Shown here: positions 35,071-39,918 of the stretch, piece after piece | Layout: each line of letters starts with the position of its first letter | How positions within the stretch are numbered: position 1 is the stretch's first letter | Assembly: GCA_937930815.1 (NCBI GenBank) | Contig: CALHBQ010000103.1 | Coordinates: forward strand, 1-39,918 | DNA length: 39,918 bases | Source of the DNA: an uncultured Saprospiraceae bacterium | GTDB taxonomy: Bacteria > Bacteroidota > Bacteroidia > Chitinophagales > Saprospiraceae | Direction: 5' to 3' | Notes under the pieces: model-generated | Database searches by the model: none | Seen by the model: only the letters and a program-made list of their open reading frames with translations | Told to the model about the DNA's origin: nothing | Translations under genes and position numbers: made by a program

Positions 35071-35380
35071 ATCTCGATTAGCTTGTTAAAGATTTGTAAA
35101 TCATTATTTTTTTTGGAAAGAAAATAGATATTCGTCCATTCAAAAAAACGGCAAATATATAAGTAGTTGCGTTTTTTAAGGTAAAAATGGTATTATTTAC
35201 TTTTCGCGAACAAATGTATTAACTAAAAAATATATTATTAATTTTTGTCTTTTTAATTTGCATTACTACATTTACCCTCGCTTAATGCCAAAATCCACCT
35301 GAAACCTACATTACTATCTGAGAAAACACACGCATAAGAAATAAGATGTCTTATGTATATTTTTTGGCGAAAACGCTTAA

Positions 35381-36364
35381 ATGAGAAAGGATTTTTACAA
35401 GTATAATGAAAGTACACTTAGCTACGAAAAGGTTAAGTTTACTTGGAAAGAAAGACTTTTAGAATCAGGAAAATTTATAGGTTTAGTCCTATTTACAAGT
35501 TTCCTTCTAATGGTCTTTACTCGCAACTTCTTCCCATCCGCGCAAGAAATGTCTCTTATTCGAGAAATCGAGCAAATGGAGGCAAAATATGCATCACTCA
35601 ACCACGATTTGGATCTAATGGAAAAGGTAGTGGAAAATATCCACGATCGAGATGGTGCCGCTCACCGTATGATTTTTGGAATGGATCCTATTGACGATGA
35701 TGTTTGGCGAGGAGGTATTGGTGGACATGATAGAAATTCAGACATAGTCAACTATCAAAAGTCTGGGCTTTTACTTTCTAATACTCAACGGAAAATTGAT
35801 AGGCTAAAATTCCAGCTCACTTTGCAATCAAAATCGCTTGACACCATTTACAACTTGGCGAAAAACAGAGAAGAGATGTTTGCTTCCATACCTTCAATCA
35901 AACCAGTCAGTGAAGATAAACTATCAAGAAAGGTTAAATATCTTTCTGGATATGGAATGAGGTTACACCCTATTCATAAGGTTAGAAAAATGCATGCTGG
36001 TATTGATTTCACAGCAAAAAGAGGTACTGCAATCCAAGCTACTGGAAATGGAAAAGTTATTCGAGTTGAAAATCGTAAAAGTGGTTATGGTAAGAATGTT
36101 ACAATCGATCATGGATACGGTTACAAAACCTTGTACGCACACATGTACACCATTGATGTAAAAAAAGGTGATAAAGTAACTAAAGGACAAAAGATTGGAA
36201 CTGTAGGGAGTACAGGTACTTCAACTGCGCCTCATTGTCATTACGAAGTACATTACATGGGCAAAAAAGTAAATCCTATTCACTATTGTATGGATGGTTT
36301 GACACCAACAGAATATAAAGAATTAGTAGACGCATCAGCAGCTCAAAATCAATCTTTCGATTAA
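35381..36364 (+). CDS. M23-family metallopeptidase
   Basis: N-terminal TM anchor, coiled-coil segment, HAGIDF (HxxxD) and GSTGTSTAPHCHYEV (HxH) LytM/M23 motifs. Confidence 0.9.
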   Translation: MRKDFYKYNESTLSYEKVKFTWKERLLESGKFIGLVLFTSFLLMVFTRNFFPSAQEMSLIREIEQMEAKYASLNHDLDLMEKVVENIHDRDGAAHRMIFGMDPIDDDVWRGGIGGHDRNSDIVNYQKSGLLLSNTQRKIDRLKFQLTLQSKSLDTIYNLAKNREEMFASIPSIKPVSEDKLSRKVKYLSGYGMRLHPIHKVRKMHAGIDFTAKRGTAIQATGNGKVIRVENRKSGYGKNVTIDHGYGYKTLYAHMYTIDVKKGDKVTKGQKIGTVGSTGTSTAPHCHYEVHYMGKKVNPIHYCMDGLTPTEYKELVDASAAQNQSFD

Positions 36365-36402
36365 AGGAGCAGACATAAACAAAACGAAAAAACAAGAATT
36401 AA

Positions 36403-36430
36403 GGCCTTCCAAACTATGGAAGGTCTTTTT
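36403..36430 (+). terminator. rho-independent terminator after the M23 peptidase gene
   Basis: Stem GGCCTTCCA (36403-36411) / TGGAAGGTC (36417-36425) with one G-U pair, loop AACTA, then T5 at 36426-36430. Confidence 0.75.
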
Positions 36431-36608
36431 AGTTTTTATTTCTACCCAACTTCTCTTCGAACTTTTTATTTATTCACAACCTTTTAACGGTATATAAGTA
36501 TTAAAAGACGTACTTTTGCGGCTTCGTTTAAGAATTCAGAACATTACAACTTTATTAAAAATTAACTAACAGGTTGATAATCAATTATTTACGTTATTAA
36601 AACATATA

Positions 36609-38429
36609 ATGAAGGAATTAAGAAATATTGCCATTATTGCGCACGTAGATCACGGAAAAACCACCCTTGTAGATAAAATGCTCCAAGCTGGTGAAATTTT
36701 TGAATCTCACAAGGAGGTTCGTGAACTTGTAATGGACAATAATGATCTGGAAAGAGAAAGAGGTATCACCATCCTTTCCAAAAACGCTTCTATGAATTAT
36801 AAGGGCGTAAAAATCAATATTATTGACACACCTGGTCACAGTGATTTTGGTGGAGAAGTTGAGCGTGTTTTGAACATGGCTGACGGTGTTCTACTATTGG
36901 TAGATGCATTTGAAGGTCCTATGCCTCAAACACGATTCGTACTACAAAAAGCAATTGAAATTGGTTTGAAACCAATCGTAGTTATTAATAAAGTTGATAA
37001 AGAAAACTGTACTCCAGAAGAAGTTTACGAATCAGTTTTTGATTTGATGTTCAACTTAGATGCATCAGAAGAGCAATTAGATTTCCCAGTCGTTTACGGT
37101 TCTGCTAAGAATGGTTGGATGGCTGATGATTGGAAAACTCCAGTTGACGATATTACGTATTTACTTGATCAGGTCATTGAGCATATTCCTGCTCCAAAAA
37201 TTCCAGAAGGTAACCTTCAGATGTTAATCACCTCTTTAGATTATTCAAACTTTGTAGGGAGAATTGCGATTGGAAGAGTTCATCGAGGAAGTATGAAAGT
37301 TGGTCAAACTGTTTCTTTGATGAAGAAAGATGGAACCATCGTAAAAAACAAGTTGAGAGGTTTGTTCAACTTCGTTGGGATGGAAAAAGTAAAAACTGAA
37401 GAAGTTGCTGCAGGTGAAATTTGTGCATTAGTTGGATTAGAAGGTTTTGATATTGGGGATACAGTAGCACATATTGAAAATCCTGAAGCATTGCCAAGTA
37501 TTGCGATTGATGAGCCAACAATTAGCATGAGTTTTACGATTAATGATTCTCCTTTTTTCGGACAAGAAGGAAAATTCGTAACATCTCGACACATCAATGA
37601 TAGATTGCAAAAAGAATTAGAAAAGAATTTGGCCTTAAGAGTTCATGCCACCAATTCTGCCGATACCTTTAAGGTGTATGGTCGTGGAGTTCTTCACCTC
37701 TCGGTTTTGATTGAAACAATGAGAAGAGAAGGATATGAGTTACAAATCGGTCAACCACAAGTAATTCTTAAAGAAATTGATGGCGTTAGTTGTGAGCCAG
37801 TTGAAGAATTGACGATTGATCTTCCAGAATCAACTTCTGGTAAAGCAATTGAAATGGTCAACCAAAGGAAAGGCATCATGCTTTCGATGGAGCCAAAAGG
37901 AGACAGAATGGTGATGGAGTTTGAAATTCCTTCAAGAGGTATTATCGGTTTACGAAGCGGGTTATTAACTGCAACTGCAGGTGAAGCGATTGTAAATCAC
38001 CGTTTCAAAGAATATCAACCACACAAAGGTGTAATTCCGGGAAGACAGAACGGGTCTTTAATCGTGATGGACGCAGGTACTGCAATTCCTTTTAGTTTAA
38101 ATAATTTGAAAGACCGCGGTACTTTCTTCATTGCTCCAGGTGAACCAGTTTATGAAGGTCAGGTTATTGGAGAGAATACTCGTACTGGAGATTTGGTTAT
38201 CAATGTTACTAAAACAAAGAAGTTAACCAACATGCGTTCTTCAGGAAATGATGACAAGGTAAAATTGGCACCACCAAAAGTTCATTCTCTGGAGGAAGCT
38301 TTGGAATATATCCAGGGAGATGAGTATGTGGAGGTTACACCTAAGTCGATTAGACTAAGAAAGGTATATTTGAAAGAGCATGAAAGAAAAAGAGCACGTA
38401 ATGCTTCATTATCAAAAGTAGAAGCTTAG
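36609..38429 (+). CDS. typA: translational GTPase TypA/BipA
   Basis: 606 aa. G1 AHVDHGKTT, G3 DTPGHSDFGGEVER, G4 NKVDK. Length and C-terminal domain typical of BipA. A possible -7 box TACTTTTG lies at 36511-36518. Confidence 0.97.
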   Translation: MKELRNIAIIAHVDHGKTTLVDKMLQAGEIFESHKEVRELVMDNNDLERERGITILSKNASMNYKGVKINIIDTPGHSDFGGEVERVLNMADGVLLLVDAFEGPMPQTRFVLQKAIEIGLKPIVVINKVDKENCTPEEVYESVFDLMFNLDASEEQLDFPVVYGSAKNGWMADDWKTPVDDITYLLDQVIEHIPAPKIPEGNLQMLITSLDYSNFVGRIAIGRVHRGSMKVGQTVSLMKKDGTIVKNKLRGLFNFVGMEKVKTEEVAAGEICALVGLEGFDIGDTVAHIENPEALPSIAIDEPTISMSFTINDSPFFGQEGKFVTSRHINDRLQKELEKNLALRVHATNSADTFKVYGRGVLHLSVLIETMRREGYELQIGQPQVILKEIDGVSCEPVEELTIDLPESTSGKAIEMVNQRKGIMLSMEPKGDRMVMEFEIPSRGIIGLRSGLLTATAGEAIVNHRFKEYQPHKGVIPGRQNGSLIVMDAGTAIPFSLNNLKDRGTFFIAPGEPVYEGQVIGENTRTGDLVINVTKTKKLTNMRSSGNDDKVKLAPPKVHSLEEALEYIQGDEYVEVTPKSIRLRKVYLKEHERKRARNASLSKVEA

Positions 38430-38452
38430 TTTTCTTTTTTCTATAAAAAAAC

Positions 38453-38487
38453 AAAAACTCCGTTGATTAATTTCAACGGAGTTTTTT
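38453..38487. terminator. bidirectional rho-independent terminator between convergent genes
   Basis: Stem CTCCGTTGA (38458-38466) / TCAACGGAG (38473-38481), with A5 upstream and T6 downstream, so it can serve both typA and the minus-strand gene ending at 38513. Confidence 0.85.
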
Positions 38488-38512
38488 ATTTTACAAACAG
38501 ATTAGAGTCGAA

Positions 38513-39217
38513 TTATTTTTTAACTCCTCCTTTCAGTTCATCTTGTAATTTCTTCAACTTAGTCCAATCAGCTTTTGCTGCCAATTTTGCTTGTTTTGAC
38601 CAAGTTGAAGGATTGTGGATTTGGTAACGAGGACCAGCTGCAGCCAAAACCTTTCTCAAATCAGTAACTTTGGCTTTACCCAAATCTTCAAAAGAAGTAA
38701 TCTTTGCCTTCCCTAAAATCTCTGCGATTTTAGGACCAATGCCTTCGATTTTTTTCAAATCGTCCTTTTTGGATTTTGAAACTTTTGCGACTTTTTTGCT
38801 TACAACTTTTTTAGGAGTCGCTTTTTTAGCAACTACTTTTTTTGATGCGCCCTTTTTCATAGTCGCTTTTTTAGCAACTTTTTTCTTAGAAGGTACGTCC
38901 GAAACTTCTGATACATTTATGACAGAATTTTCAATACCGAATGCATTTACAGGAGTGTATTGATCAGCTGCCCAATCATTTTCCCAAACGCGATTATCAA
39001 TTAAGTATCTGAATTCGTAAGCCTGACCAGTTTTCAACTCAATAGTCGTTTCAAAGGAACCGTCCTTCTTTTTTTTCATAATAAAAGGATTGCTTTGATC
39101 CCAATTATTAAACTCGCCCAAAAGCGCTACTTTTTTCGCCGATGCAACAGCTTTTTTTGGTAAAGAAAAAGTGGCTTTACATACTTTTCCTTTTTTTGGA
39201 AATACTTTTTTTAACAT
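38513..39217 (-). CDS. CBM48/AMPK-beta-like glycogen-binding-type domain protein with Lys-rich linker and C-terminal helix-hairpin-helix domain
   Basis: N-terminal VALLGEFNNWD...FETTIELKTGQAYEFRYLID..W.ND pattern of early-set/CBM48 domains. Linker KKKVAKKATMKKGASKKVVAKKATPKKVVSKKVAKVSKSKK. C-terminal IEGIGPKIAEIL HhH motif. Confidence 0.7.
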   Translation of the reverse strand: MLKKVFPKKGKVCKATFSLPKKAVASAKKVALLGEFNNWDQSNPFIMKKKKDGSFETTIELKTGQAYEFRYLIDNRVWENDWAADQYTPVNAFGIENSVINVSEVSDVPSKKKVAKKATMKKGASKKVVAKKATPKKVVSKKVAKVSKSKKDDLKKIEGIGPKIAEILGKAKITSFEDLGKAKVTDLRKVLAAAGPRYQIHNPSTWSKQAKLAAKADWTKLKKLQDELKGGVKK

Positions 39218-39720
39218 AAATTATTTGGTTAGAAAGTTAGTGAAACACAAATAGAGAAGACAAAATTATACCAATTTTGAGGAACCAAAAAATATGATTA
39301 GAATTAGAAAAATTCTATACACATTTTAATATTCTACCCCGCTCGTTCATATATGAAAAATATTTCATTTGTTCGAAATTTTTAATATTAAAGGTGGAAT
39401 ATTCTTGTTTGGCAAAACTTTTGCAAAGTTAGATTCAGGAGCTTAGTAAATTGATTTTTTTCAATTAGATACACCAATTTCATTTTTGGGCAAGTTATTC
39501 TCTAACTATATATTGGTATATTTCAATCTTCAAGCCCATTTCTACCCAATCCAGTTACTGAAACATATTCATTTTAAATATTTGTACATATCTTTGATAA
39601 GTTAACCTTGTCATAGGTTGTCTCTAATAAAAATCGATGTTACTTTCTATGTGATATCATTGAATATTAGCAAATTATAATCTTTGTGAAAAAAACGGAT
39701 CTTACACATAAGTGATCAAT

Positions 39721-39765
39721 TAGGCCTGCGCTGGTACGACCAGTGTGTTGGCCTATTTTATTTTT
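39721..39765 (+). terminator. orphan compound hairpin plus T-tract (terminator-like) on the plus strand
   Basis: Outer stem TAGGCC (39721-39726) / GGCCTA (39750-39755), inner stem CTGGT (39731-39735) / ACCAG (39739-39743), followed by TTTTATTTTT (39756-39765). No plus-strand ORF lies upstream. Confidence 0.5.
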
Positions 39766-39918
39766 ACAGAGAAAGTCAGAAAATAACAGTTTTGATAAAA
39801 GAAACTGGCTCCAATCCGAATAAGAAAAAGTTGGAATCAGATTGTTTTTATACATACATCTTTAACAAATTAAATTCTTTAACCAAATTCTTTAATCTCA
39901 TGAAAAAAGATTTTTTAA

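Noticed and set aside
1084-38963. The many 60-112-aa ORFs nested in or antisense to long genes, for example 1084-1272, 2119-2304, 3285-3524, 4008-4346, 9300-9560, 14236-14472, 20324-20632, 25478-25804, 26054-26344, 29555-29788, 33493-33735, 34330-34644, 37304-37597 and 38670-38963.
   Set aside because: Each lies wholly inside a longer ORF with strong family motifs. Their translations are low-complexity and typical of off-frame reading of AT-rich coding DNA.
39667-39855. 62-aa minus-strand ORF from the track.
   Set aside because: Low-complexity, Cys/Phe-rich, spans the GC-rich hairpin and has no motif. It looks like a chance ORF in AT-rich DNA.
39900-39918. ATGAAAAAAGATTTTTTA at the window edge could be the start of a plus-strand gene (MKKDFL...).
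   Set aside because: Only six codons are visible, too little to support a call.
1-39918. Search for a defence island, prophage, toxin-antitoxin pair, retron, DGR or other gene-encoded novel system.
   Set aside because: No ORF shows nuclease, reverse-transcriptase, integrase, transposase, ATPase/helicase-defence or toxin-like motifs. Every sizeable ORF has an ordinary housekeeping or surface-protein assignment, apart from two hypotheticals (27124-27354, 31647-32390) with no distinguishing features.

Overview
AT-rich chromosomal segment that looks like Bacteroidota, probably a Flavobacteriia-type genome. The evidence is many type IX secretion (T9SS) C-terminal sorting domains, a PorP/SprF gene, TAnnTTTG-like -7 boxes and no Shine-Dalgarno signals. 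About 26 credible protein genes fall into two groups. Housekeeping: deoxynucleoside kinase, pyrC, argS, alaS, typA, tsaD, maf, a UbiA-family prenyltransferase, a bactofilin, a Cys/Met PLP enzyme, an M23 peptidase, a thioesterase, YihY/BrkB and a SAM methyltransferase. Cell surface and secreted: a 1671-aa adhesin with a type B sorting domain next to its PorP/SprF partner, four type A cargo proteins including a tandem pair of PA-domain paralogs, a WG-repeat lipoprotein, a class III cyclase and a putative porin. I found no tRNA, rRNA, CRISPR array, transposase, integrase, reverse transcriptase or recognisable defence gene. The most unusual content is non-coding. (1) A 1.17-kb ORF-free gap (12889-14060) holds a four-copy conserved motif, a second repeat family, an orphan minus-strand terminator and palindromes in front of pyrC. 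(2) GC-rich palindromic REP/MITE-like elements lie on both sides of the porin gene, one bounded by a 16-bp direct duplication that includes the upstream gene's stop codon. (3) An orphan compound terminator sits in the 680-bp gap at the right end. I cannot name a new system with confidence. The 12889-14060 region is the best candidate for something undescribed, such as an ncRNA cluster or a protein-binding array. All functions are inferred from motifs read by eye, with no database search.
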